From the NCBI GenBank assembly GCA_026416095.1, contig JAOAFV010000041.1:696-64695 (forward strand): a stretch of DNA of 64,000 bases. The letters run 5' to 3'. Origin of the DNA: Bacteroidales bacterium (GTDB lineage Bacteria > Bacteroidota > Bacteroidia > Bacteroidales > GWA2-32-17). Shown piece by piece: positions 1 to 8,077 of this stretch. Below the pieces are notes generated by a model. That model saw only the letters and a program-made list of their open reading frames with translations. It made no database searches and was not told where the DNA came from. A program made the position numbers and the translations under genes. The stretch's first letter is position 1. Each line of letters begins with the position of its first letter.

Positions 1-1683
1 TCTATAAATAATGTAACACTTCTTAATGCAGGTACTTATTATATTACTGTAATAGATGGTCATGGATGTAATAATTACGGAAGTATAAATATTATCGTGA
101 ATGAATTACCATTAGTAACAATTTCAACCAATAGTCCATTATGCGAAGGTAACGATTTGTTTTTGGCTACCACACCAAATGGAATGGTTAGCTATAATTG
201 GCAAGGACCATCATTGTTTATTTCAGGAGAACAAAGCCCAATAATAGAAAATGTTACTACTGCAAACGCGGGGGTATATTATGTTACAGTAGTAGATGTT
301 AATGGATGTAGTAATGTTTCTTCTGCCGAAGTAGTTGTTAATAACATTCCTATAGTTAGTGTAACAAATAATGGTCCTATGTGTGAAGGTGGAACAATTA
401 ATATTAGTGTATTACCTGGTGGAATGACTTATAATTGGAATGGACCTAATAATTTTACAAGTAATGAGCAATTAATTACTTTACAAAATGTAAACTCTTC
501 CATGGAGGGAATTTATTATGTTACTGTAACAAGTCCACAGAATTGCAGTTCTATTGCTTCAACAGAAGTAATAGTTTACGAAAATCCTGTAGTTAATATA
601 ATTTCAAACACACCAGTATGCGAGAATTCAACATTAACAATTAATGCTCAATCACCAACTGCTATTAGTTATAATTGGAGTGGACCTAACGGCTTTTTTA
701 GTAATACATCAATTGTAAATATAACTAATGTACAATTAATTAATGGAGGTACATATTATCTGACGGTGTTTGATAATAATAACTGCTTTGCAACTTCGAG
801 TATTAATGTGGTTATAAATCAACTTCCTCAAATAAGTATTAATACTTCTCAAACGAATGTTTGTGAGGGAACAATGGTGATTTTAGAGGCAACAGGTGGT
901 GATTTTTATGTGTGGAATACTGGAGCAACAAGTCATCAAATAGCAGTAGTTCCACAACAAACAACAACTTATAGTGTTACTGGAACGGATAATAATGGCT
1001 GTTCTAATGTATCGTCGGTAATTATTAATGTTTCTCCAAAACCTCAAGTAAATGCGGGGAACGATCAGCAAGTATGTGAAGGTACGCCTGTTGTTTTAAT
1101 GGCAACGGGAGCCAATACATATCAGTGGTCAAATAATATTGTTAATGGAAGTGAGATAGTACCTCCAATAGGAAATAATGTGTATTATGTTACTGGTACA
1201 GATGTTAATGGATGCACTTCGATTGATAGTGTAGTTATAGTTGTAAATGCTAAGCCATTTGCAGATGCAGGAAATAACATACAGATGTGTCTTGGCAGTA
1301 CAGTTCAACTTACTGCAAGTGGTGGGAATAGTTATATGTGGAGTACTGGGCAAAATCAAGCACAAATTCAAGTATCACCTGTAATAAGTACTATGTATTA
1401 CGTTACTGTATATAATATAGCTGGATGTTCTAATGTTGATAGTGTTTATGTGGTAGTTAATTCAAATCCAATTGCCGATGCAGGTCAAGATATTAATATA
1501 TGTTATGGCGATACTGCTTATCTTATTGCTTGGGGGGGAATAACTTACATATGGGGAACAGGTGAAGCACAACAAGAAATATATGTTACACCTAACGAGA
1601 CAACACTTTATTATGTGACAGTTGCTAATGAATTTGGTTGTACCGACGTAGATTACGTAACAGTTATAGTTAATCAACCACCA
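1..1683 (+). repeat. Tandem degenerate coding repeats (about 210-240 bp each) encoding the Ig-like modules of the surface protein
   Basis: The protein periodicity is visible in the translation. Each module ends in V(V/I)VN..P and restarts with a C(E/L/Y)G motif. The repeats are diverged at the DNA level. Confidence 0.7.
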
Positions 1684-2646
1684 ACAATAAATTATGTTAT
1701 TAATAATGCAAACTGTGGAATGGCAGATGGATCCATACAATTAACTGTTGAAGGAGGTTCAGGAGATTATTATTATTTGTGGGATGAAAATGCAGGTAGT
1801 TCAACATTGCCTTATGTAAGTAATTTACCAGCAGGAGTTTACTTTGTAACAGTAAATGATGGAATTTGTGAAGTTGTGTCGCAATTTCAGGTAGAACAGT
1901 TAGGAGGTCCACAGTTAAGTGTTGTAGCAAATACTAACTTTATATGTGCTGGAGATACTATAACACTTATAGCTTCTGGTGCTAATAATTATATATGGCA
2001 ACCATCAACTTATTTGTTACAAACATCTGGTTCGCAGGTTCAAAGTGTACCTTATGAAAGCATTACATATACTGTGTATGGTACTAATGGTAATTGCACC
2101 GATAGTATTCAAATCACTCTTACTGTTAATTCTTTGCCACAAGCTTATTTTGCTTATACTGATTTAGGAATGGGACAGATATCTTTTACTGACATGTCAT
2201 ATAATGCTGAAAGTTGGTATTGGTCGTTTGGTGATAATAACTTCTCCAGCGAACAAAATCCGACTCATACCTATAACCAAGAAGGTATGTACCAAGTAAT
2301 GTTAATAGTTACAAATGCATGTGGTAGTGATACAGCAACACAAAATGTAAATGTAATAATTGGAGAAATATCAAGTACAAGTTGTAATTCAATGGTATTT
2401 AATATATATCCAAACCCAAATAATGGTACATTTAATGTAAAGTTAGTCTCTTTACAAATGGGTGAAGTATTAATAGATGTTTATGATGTTAATAGTAAAA
2501 AAGTATTTACCAAAACAATAGTAAAGGATAGTAAAATTGTTAATATAAAAGTTGATATAAAAGAAAGAGTAAGTGGCATATATTCAATGATAATTCGTTT
2601 AGGAAGTGAATACGTAAGAGCACCAATTGTAATTAAGAAGAATTAG
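1..2646 (+). CDS. Large secreted multi-repeat surface protein (5' end outside the window) with Ig-like and SprB-like repeats, a PKD domain and a T9SS C-terminal sorting domain
   Basis: Frame 1 is open from base 1 (SINNVTLLNAGTYYITVIDGHGCNNYG...) to TAG 2644-2646, so the gene starts upstream. It has at least 7 tandem 70-80 aa modules with conserved C-E-G, Y-x-W and YYVTV.D.NGC motifs. There is one SprB-like repeat (CGMADGSIQLTVEGGSGDYYYLWD) and a PKD-like segment (WSFGDNNFSSEQNPTHTYNQEGMYQVMLIVTNACG). The C-terminus (IYPNPNNGTFNV...GIYSMIIRLG) resembles a type-A T9SS sorting domain. Confidence 0.8.
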   Translation, partial: SINNVTLLNAGTYYITVIDGHGCNNYGSINIIVNELPLVTISTNSPLCEGNDLFLATTPNGMVSYNWQGPSLFISGEQSPIIENVTTANAGVYYVTVVDVNGCSNVSSAEVVVNNIPIVSVTNNGPMCEGGTINISVLPGGMTYNWNGPNNFTSNEQLITLQNVNSSMEGIYYVTVTSPQNCSSIASTEVIVYENPVVNIISNTPVCENSTLTINAQSPTAISYNWSGPNGFFSNTSIVNITNVQLINGGTYYLTVFDNNNCFATSSINVVINQLPQISINTSQTNVCEGTMVILEATGGDFYVWNTGATSHQIAVVPQQTTTYSVTGTDNNGCSNVSSVIINVSPKPQVNAGNDQQVCEGTPVVLMATGANTYQWSNNIVNGSEIVPPIGNNVYYVTGTDVNGCTSIDSVVIVVNAKPFADAGNNIQMCLGSTVQLTASGGNSYMWSTGQNQAQIQVSPVISTMYYVTVYNIAGCSNVDSVYVVVNSNPIADAGQDINICYGDTAYLIAWGGITYIWGTGEAQQEIYVTPNETTLYYVTVANEFGCTDVDYVTVIVNQPPTINYVINNANCGMADGSIQLTVEGGSGDYYYLWDENAGSSTLPYVSNLPAGVYFVTVNDGICEVVSQFQVEQLGGPQLSVVANTNFICAGDTITLIASGANNYIWQPSTYLLQTSGSQVQSVPYESITYTVYGTNGNCTDSIQITLTVNSLPQAYFAYTDLGMGQISFTDMSYNAESWYWSFGDNNFSSEQNPTHTYNQEGMYQVMLIVTNACGSDTATQNVNVIIGEISSTSCNSMVFNIYPNPNNGTFNVKLVSLQMGEVLIDVYDVNSKKVFTKTIVKDSKIVNIKVDIKERVSGIYSMIIRLGSEYVRAPIVIKKN

Positions 2647-2670
2647 AAATACGTGTAAGGAGTAAGTATT

Positions 2671-4335
2671 TTATTTCTTTTTCTTTTTGGCATATTTAAT
2701 AGCTAACTTTACAGCGTTATAAGCATTTACTATTCCTCCAGTTTGACAAGCTTCTGATAAAGTTAGATCGAGAGCGGGGCTAAATGTTCTCATTAAAGTT
2801 AAGGGACGATAATTATAAGGAGGTTTTTTTTGTTTTATTTTATATGCACTTTTAAGTATTATTTCTTTTATTTCTTTGGGAGTTAATTCTGGAAAATAAC
2901 CCATAAGAAGGGCGGCAATCCCTGTAACTATTGGTGCGGCGGCACTTGTGCCACTATTGCTTTCGAATTTATTGTCGGGTGAAAGCCCAAAGATTTCTTC
3001 ACCTGGAGCAAAAATATCGACAGTATTTTTACCATAATTAGAAAATGGAGCAATTGGATATTTGAGATAATAGCTACTTGCACCAACTTCGATCCATAAA
3101 TCTGTTAAAAGTTTATAATTTTCATCAAAAGGAATAGGATAATGTTGGTTTATATCATTATTTAATGCATCATTTCCTGCAGCGTGAATTATCAAAACAT
3201 TATGTTTTGATGCATATTTTATTGCTTCATCAACCATATGTTTTTCGGGTGAAAAATATTTTCCAAAACTCATATTAATGATTTTTGCTCCATTTTTTAC
3301 AGCATATTTAATGCCTAATGCTACATCTTTATCTCTTTCGTCGCCTCCACCAAGTATTCTAACGCACATTATTTCAACACAATCAGCAATGCCCATAGCT
3401 TCATTATTGTTTGTTCTATCTCCTGCAATAATTCCGGCTACAAATGTTCCATGGCTACTTGTAGGCCCCTTTACATTATTGTTACCGTATAAAGAATCTC
3501 TTATGTCGTAAGGGTTATCGTTTATAATTTTTCTTAAATTTTCTTTGTAATTAAGTTCCGTCTTGAATTTTGTGTTTATTTCATTAATCCTTTCGTTTAT
3601 TTCAATGGTATCGATTTCTTTGAGTAGAGATTGATAAATATATGCGTCGAATTTTAGTGAATCAATGTTTTCTTTTATATAACTTACATCTTCTTCTGTA
3701 AGTGAATCTTTGTTAATAGAACTTTTAAGTAAATTATGTAAATAATTTAATTTTTCTTTTAACATTGTTAAGTAAAATTTTTCTTGATAAAGAGCTAAAT
3801 ACTCTAACTCGAACTTCTCTTTAGCTTTTTTATAAATGTTATATAATGCTTTTTCTTCTGAGCTAATTGTTTCTGGTGTAGTATTCTTAAAATAATCTTT
3901 CCATCTTCCATATATTCTTGCGTATTCGTAAGCTTCGTCTTTTATGTTTTCACCGTTACTATTGCCCAAAAAATTCCACCCATAAATATCGTCGATGTAA
4001 CCATTTTTGTCGTCGTCGTTTAAATTATAAGGAATTTCTTTTTTATTTTTCCATAGTACTCCAATTAAGTCGGTATGTGCTGTGTCTACTCCACTATCTA
4101 TAATTGCAACTATTACTTTTTGTGGTTTTCTTTTTGTTTTTTTTAATAAATTATACGCTCTGTTTAAACTTATACCAGGATAGTTATCTTTTTTTGGATC
4201 TAAAAAATGCCAGTTTATAGGAGGAGTATTTATAGCACTTTTATGAGACATATGTAATACATTGAAAGGATTATTCTGGCATAGTAACTTGATATTGAGA
4301 ATAAATATAAGCATTAAATAGCATAAAATTTTCAT
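2671..4335 (-). CDS. Subtilisin-family (S8) serine peptidase, secreted
   Basis: It has an N-terminal signal-like segment and the catalytic triad motifs IIDSGVD (Asp), SSHGTFVAGII (His) and NSGTSAAAPIVTG (Ser). A DDDKNGYIDDIYGWNF Ca-loop-like motif is present. Confidence 0.9.
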   Translation of the reverse strand: MKILCYLMLIFILNIKLLCQNNPFNVLHMSHKSAINTPPINWHFLDPKKDNYPGISLNRAYNLLKKTKRKPQKVIVAIIDSGVDTAHTDLIGVLWKNKKEIPYNLNDDDKNGYIDDIYGWNFLGNSNGENIKDEAYEYARIYGRWKDYFKNTTPETISSEEKALYNIYKKAKEKFELEYLALYQEKFYLTMLKEKLNYLHNLLKSSINKDSLTEEDVSYIKENIDSLKFDAYIYQSLLKEIDTIEINERINEINTKFKTELNYKENLRKIINDNPYDIRDSLYGNNNVKGPTSSHGTFVAGIIAGDRTNNNEAMGIADCVEIMCVRILGGGDERDKDVALGIKYAVKNGAKIINMSFGKYFSPEKHMVDEAIKYASKHNVLIIHAAGNDALNNDINQHYPIPFDENYKLLTDLWIEVGASSYYLKYPIAPFSNYGKNTVDIFAPGEEIFGLSPDNKFESNSGTSAAAPIVTGIAALLMGYFPELTPKEIKEIILKSAYKIKQKKPPYNYRPLTLMRTFSPALDLTLSEACQTGGIVNAYNAVKLAIKYAKKKKK

Positions 4336-5240
4336 GATATATAGTTTTTATTTGTTAGTCCTTTAATTATCCAAAATCTTAGTTTTATAATAATAATAGA
4401 TTTTTCTATTTCCAGGTGTATTAAAAACTTAAGAGCAATAAGGAAAGAGCCCAATGTTTTTTTTAGCTCTTCTATTAGTTTTTTAAAAATTAAATTATGA
4501 CAATTTTTTATTCTAATTCTTTCTGATAGTCCAATAAAAATTGATTGTTTTTTTATATATTCAATATTTACTCTATTTTCAGGCACATAGTGGAAAATTA
4601 TTAGCGAATTATCGAAATAAAATTTTTCATTTTTCATTCTTAAGAAAAATTCTTTTTCCTCCCCACCAAGTAAAATTTCACCTTTTCTACCTAAGTGGGT
4701 ATTAAACAAACCGTATTTATCGAAGATTTCTTTTTTAATTATCATGTTTGAACCACGAGGATAAATATTATTAGAAAAAAATCTTGATTTATTATATGGC
4801 TTAAAATAACCCCATACAGAGGCAATGTAATTATTGTACCATTTAGGAATTTGAGTTTCAAAATCGAGTAATATAGGGCCTCCGAAAGCTACAGCATTTA
4901 TATTTTTATTTAGCAAAGCAAAAAAATTATATACATATAAATTATGTAAGTATGCATCATCGTCAATAAAAGCTAACCATTCTCCTCTTGCTGTATTAAC
5001 TCCTTTATTTCTTGCATACGATAAACCTTGATTTGTTTCACTTACATATTTTATGTTGTTAAATTTTTTTTCTTTAATATATTCGTAAATCAAATCTTTT
5101 GTTTTATCGGTAGAGTTATTATCAACTATTACGATTTCTATTTCATTTAAATTAATACTTCTTTGAGTAATAATGGAGTCAACACATTTCTTAAGATAAT
5201 TGTGTCGATTATAAGTGCAAATTATAAATGATAATCTCAT
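4332..5240 (-). CDS. Family 2 glycosyltransferase
   Basis: The N-terminus LSFIICTYNRHNYL...IVIVDNNSTDKT...AFIDDDA is typical of the GT2 GT-A fold with a DxD motif. The stop overlaps the S8 peptidase start by 4 nt. Confidence 0.85.
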   Translation of the reverse strand: MRLSFIICTYNRHNYLKKCVDSIITQRSINLNEIEIVIVDNNSTDKTKDLIYEYIKEKKFNNIKYVSETNQGLSYARNKGVNTARGEWLAFIDDDAYLHNLYVYNFFALLNKNINAVAFGGPILLDFETQIPKWYNNYIASVWGYFKPYNKSRFFSNNIYPRGSNMIIKKEIFDKYGLFNTHLGRKGEILLGGEEKEFFLRMKNEKFYFDNSLIIFHYVPENRVNIEYIKKQSIFIGLSERIRIKNCHNLIFKKLIEELKKTLGSFLIALKFLIHLEIEKSIIIIKLRFWIIKGLTNKNYIS

Positions 5241-5250
5241 AAAATAATTG

Positions 5251-5267
5251 CAAATTTAATAAATTTG
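5251..5267. promoter_or_regulatory. Back-to-back divergent Bacteroidota-type -7 boxes (TAnnTTTG on each strand)
   Basis: The sequence CAAATTTAATAAATTTG reads TAAATTTG on the minus strand (5258-5251, 10 nt before the GT2 ATG at 5240). It also reads TAAATTTG on the plus strand (5260-5267, upstream of the GT4 gene). Confidence 0.35.
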
Positions 5268-5292
5268 TTGTAAATAAATATAATGCTTATTT

Positions 5293-6480
5293 TTGCTCTT
5301 TAAAACTTATAGGATTCTGAAGAGTATTTTAATAATAGGACCAGCCTATCCATTTAGAGGTGGGATTGCTGATACAAATGTACGTTTAGCTGAAGAATTT
5401 ATTGCTTCAGGAGTTGATTGTAAAATTTTTACTTTTACTAAGCAGTATCCATCATTTTTATTTCCTGGAAAAACTCAGTATAAGCAAGAAAAAACTGAAA
5501 AAAAGGTTCTTATTTATCAAAAGGTTAATTCTATAAATTTTTTCAACTGGTTAAAAATTGGTAATGAGATTAGAAAAATGAAACCCGATGTTTTACTTTT
5601 CAGGTACTGGTTACCTTTTTTTGCTCCATGTTTTGGAACTATTGCCCGTATTGCTAAACTAAATAATCATACAAAAATTTTTTCTATAATAGATAATTTT
5701 ATTCCTCATGAAAGACATTTTGCCGATAAAATTCTCTCGAAATATTTTATAAATGCTATTGATGCTTGTGTTGTTATGTCGTATTCAGTAAAAGCTGAAG
5801 TACAAAGAGCAAGAAAAAACATTTTAATAGATTATTCTCCACACCCTTTATTTGATAATTATGGGGAGAGTGTTCCAAAAGATATTGCCAAAAAAGCCCT
5901 AAAACTTGATACCTCAAAAAATTATTTGTTATTTTTTGGATTAGTCAGAGAATATAAAGGGCTTGATATATTGTTGGAAGCATTACCACTTGTTTTCAGT
6001 AAAATTGATAATTTACATCTCATTGTGGCAGGAGAATTTTATCAAAAAGAAGATAAATATTTGGATATTATTAACAAAAACAATTTAAAAGAAAGAGTGC
6101 ATATCTATAATCAATTTATACCGGATAGCTTGATTCCATATTTTTTTTGCGCATCCGATCTAATTGTGCAGCCGTATAAAGAAGCTACACAAAGTGGAGT
6201 TACCCAAATAGCATATCATTTTAATAAACCAATGATAGTTACAAATGTAGGAGGATTGCCCGAAATAGTGCCTAATGGGAAAGTTGGATATGTTGTAGAA
6301 CCTAATCATTTTTCGGTTGCTAATGCTATTTTAAAGTTTTATATCGAAAACAAAGAAAAAGAATTTTCTGAATGTGTTAAGATTGAGAAACAAAAATATT
6401 CATGGAAACGAATGGAAAGAACAATTCATGGTTTATATGAAAAATTATTAAGCAATAATGAACCAAATGAACAATATTGA
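5293..6480 (+). CDS. Family 4 (GT-B) glycosyltransferase
   Basis: Motifs FFGLVREYKGLDILLEA and EATQSGVTQIAYHFNKPMIVTNVGGLPEIV are GT4/GT1-like. The listed start is TTG. The true start is uncertain and could lie a few codons downstream near KSILIIGP. Confidence 0.8.
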   Translation: MLFKTYRILKSILIIGPAYPFRGGIADTNVRLAEEFIASGVDCKIFTFTKQYPSFLFPGKTQYKQEKTEKKVLIYQKVNSINFFNWLKIGNEIRKMKPDVLLFRYWLPFFAPCFGTIARIAKLNNHTKIFSIIDNFIPHERHFADKILSKYFINAIDACVVMSYSVKAEVQRARKNILIDYSPHPLFDNYGESVPKDIAKKALKLDTSKNYLLFFGLVREYKGLDILLEALPLVFSKIDNLHLIVAGEFYQKEDKYLDIINKNNLKERVHIYNQFIPDSLIPYFFCASDLIVQPYKEATQSGVTQIAYHFNKPMIVTNVGGLPEIVPNGKVGYVVEPNHFSVANAILKFYIENKEKEFSECVKIEKQKYSWKRMERTIHGLYEKLLSNNEPNEQY

Positions 6481-7045
6481 TTTTATTAAAAAAAAATTAA
6501 ACGAATCTATTGACTTAAAGAAACATATTTTAAACAATGAATCGATTTTGCGAAATATTAACGAAGCGGCGAATCTTATCATTGATGCTTTTCTAAGAAA
6601 TAAAAAGTTATATATTGCTGGTAATGGTGGAAGTGCTGCTGATGCACAGCATATTGCAGCTGAATTTACAGGTAAATTTTCTATTAATCGGAAACCTTTA
6701 CCAGCCGAGGCTATTAATGTAAATACTTCCTATTTAACAGCTGTAGCTAATGATTTTGGATATGAAAATGTATTTTCACGTTATTTATCGGCCTTTGCAA
6801 TCGAGGGAGACATTTTTTGGGGTATATCTACTTCAGGAAAATCGCGTAATGTTTTAAATGCATTTGAAACAGCTCATTCGCTAAAAATGAGAACAATTGC
6901 TATGGTTGGTGACATGAAAGAAACTTTACCTGAATACTTAGATGTTATCATTATTGTACCTTCGATTGTAACACCACGAATTCAAGAAGTGCATATAACA
7001 ATTTCTCATATTATTTGTGAAATTGTTGATAATTTTTTTAAATAA
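6458..7045 (+). CDS. gmhA: D-sedoheptulose-7-phosphate isomerase (SIS domain)
   Basis: Motifs GNGGSAADAQHIAAEF, NDFGYENVFSR, ISTSGKSRNV and QEVHITISHIICE match the GmhA pattern. The length is 195 aa. Confidence 0.85.
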   Translation: MNQMNNIDFIKKKLNESIDLKKHILNNESILRNINEAANLIIDAFLRNKKLYIAGNGGSAADAQHIAAEFTGKFSINRKPLPAEAINVNTSYLTAVANDFGYENVFSRYLSAFAIEGDIFWGISTSGKSRNVLNAFETAHSLKMRTIAMVGDMKETLPEYLDVIIIVPSIVTPRIQEVHITISHIICEIVDNFFK

Positions 7046-7069
7046 TTTTTTTTTGACAAAATAATTATT

Positions 7070-7077
7070 TAAATTTG
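7070..7077 (+). promoter_or_regulatory. Putative -7 box TAAATTTG
   Basis: It is an exact TAnnTTTG motif 22 nt upstream of ATG 7100. Confidence 0.4.
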
Positions 7078-7099
7078 TGCATTAAAAAAATAATTGCAT

Positions 7100-7969
7100 A
7101 TGAAAAAGTTTTTATTTTTTACAGTAATTTTAATTTTTGGTGTTTTAATTCTTGTAGGTCAGCCAACAATACCAAATGGTGGTTTTGAGCAGTGGACCGA
7201 TCAGAATACTCCAACAGGTTGGACAACATCTAACTTAAATCTCGGAATAGTAACCTATAATACGGTAACGCGAAGCACCGATAAACACGGAGGACTTTAT
7301 GCAATTGAACTGAAAACTTTAACTATCCCAATGTTAGGAGCATTACCTGGAATTGCTACTAATGGAACGCTTAATTTAATGGGTGGTGGAACTATTACAG
7401 GTGGAACTCCAACAGGTGGAGTTAAGCCACAAAATTTTAAAGGATATTTTAAGTATACCTCAGTAAATAATGATTCAATGGCAATAGTTGTACTTTTTAC
7501 TAAATGGACAGGCACAACTCGCGACACAGTTGGTTTTGGTGGTATTTTAGTAAATAATTCTGTAAGTTCTTATTATGGATTCAATGAGCCTATTGAGTAT
7601 GTTTCTACTACTACTCCAGATACATTTATTGTAATTTTAGCTTCCTCGGCTGGATATACTCCTCAAGAAAATAGTACATTACTTGTCGACGATCTTGCTT
7701 TTCAAGGAGTTCTCGGCGAAACTATTCCTTTATCATTTTTATTTCAAAGAATTTATCCTAACCCTACAAATGGAGAATTCACTGTGATTTTAGGTGAATA
7801 CAAAAATTGTGCTGTAGAAGTATATAATCTTATAGGCGAAAAAATTTATGAAAAGAAAAATTTAGAAGGTAACACTTTGATTGATATTTCTGATAAACCG
7901 GCAGGTATATATTTTGTTAAGATTGAAAGCGGTAAGGAATCAAAAATATTTAAGCTTATTAAAGAATAA
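7100..7969 (+). CDS. Secreted hypothetical protein with T9SS C-terminal sorting domain
   Basis: The ATG at 7100 gives MKKFLFFTVILIFGVLILVG, a signal peptide (the ORF track starts at TTG 7094). The C-terminus is IYPNPTNGEFTV...AGIYFVKIESGKESKIFKLIKE. An N-terminal GGFEQWT...PTGWTTSN motif resembles PCMD-type domains, but that assignment is low confidence. Confidence 0.7.
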   Translation: MKKFLFFTVILIFGVLILVGQPTIPNGGFEQWTDQNTPTGWTTSNLNLGIVTYNTVTRSTDKHGGLYAIELKTLTIPMLGALPGIATNGTLNLMGGGTITGGTPTGGVKPQNFKGYFKYTSVNNDSMAIVVLFTKWTGTTRDTVGFGGILVNNSVSSYYGFNEPIEYVSTTTPDTFIVILASSAGYTPQENSTLLVDDLAFQGVLGETIPLSFLFQRIYPNPTNGEFTVILGEYKNCAVEVYNLIGEKIYEKKNLEGNTLIDISDKPAGIYFVKIESGKESKIFKLIKE

Positions 7970-8000
7970 ATTAACTCAATTTAGAAATACTTGTATGAAT

Positions 8001-8021
8001 GAGAGGTTATTCCTCTCTTTT
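8001..8021 (+). terminator. Rho-independent terminator candidate
   Basis: GAGAGG-ttatt-CCTCTC forms a perfect 6-bp stem. It is followed by TTTT and a further T-rich run, 32 nt after the stop at 7969. Confidence 0.5.
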
Positions 8022-8049
8022 AATTTATTTTTTTTGAATTAAAATGGAT

Positions 8050-8057
8050 TAAATTTG
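8050..8057 (+). promoter_or_regulatory. Putative -7 box TAAATTTG
   Basis: It is an exact TAnnTTTG motif 20 nt upstream of ATG 8078. Confidence 0.4.
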
Positions 8058-8077
8058 TAAGATAAAAATACGAAATT

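Noticed and set aside
883-2167. Several 62-92 aa ORFs on both strands within the repeat-protein gene
   Set aside because: They overlap a continuous 2.6-kb frame with clear domain periodicity, and their composition is not protein-like.
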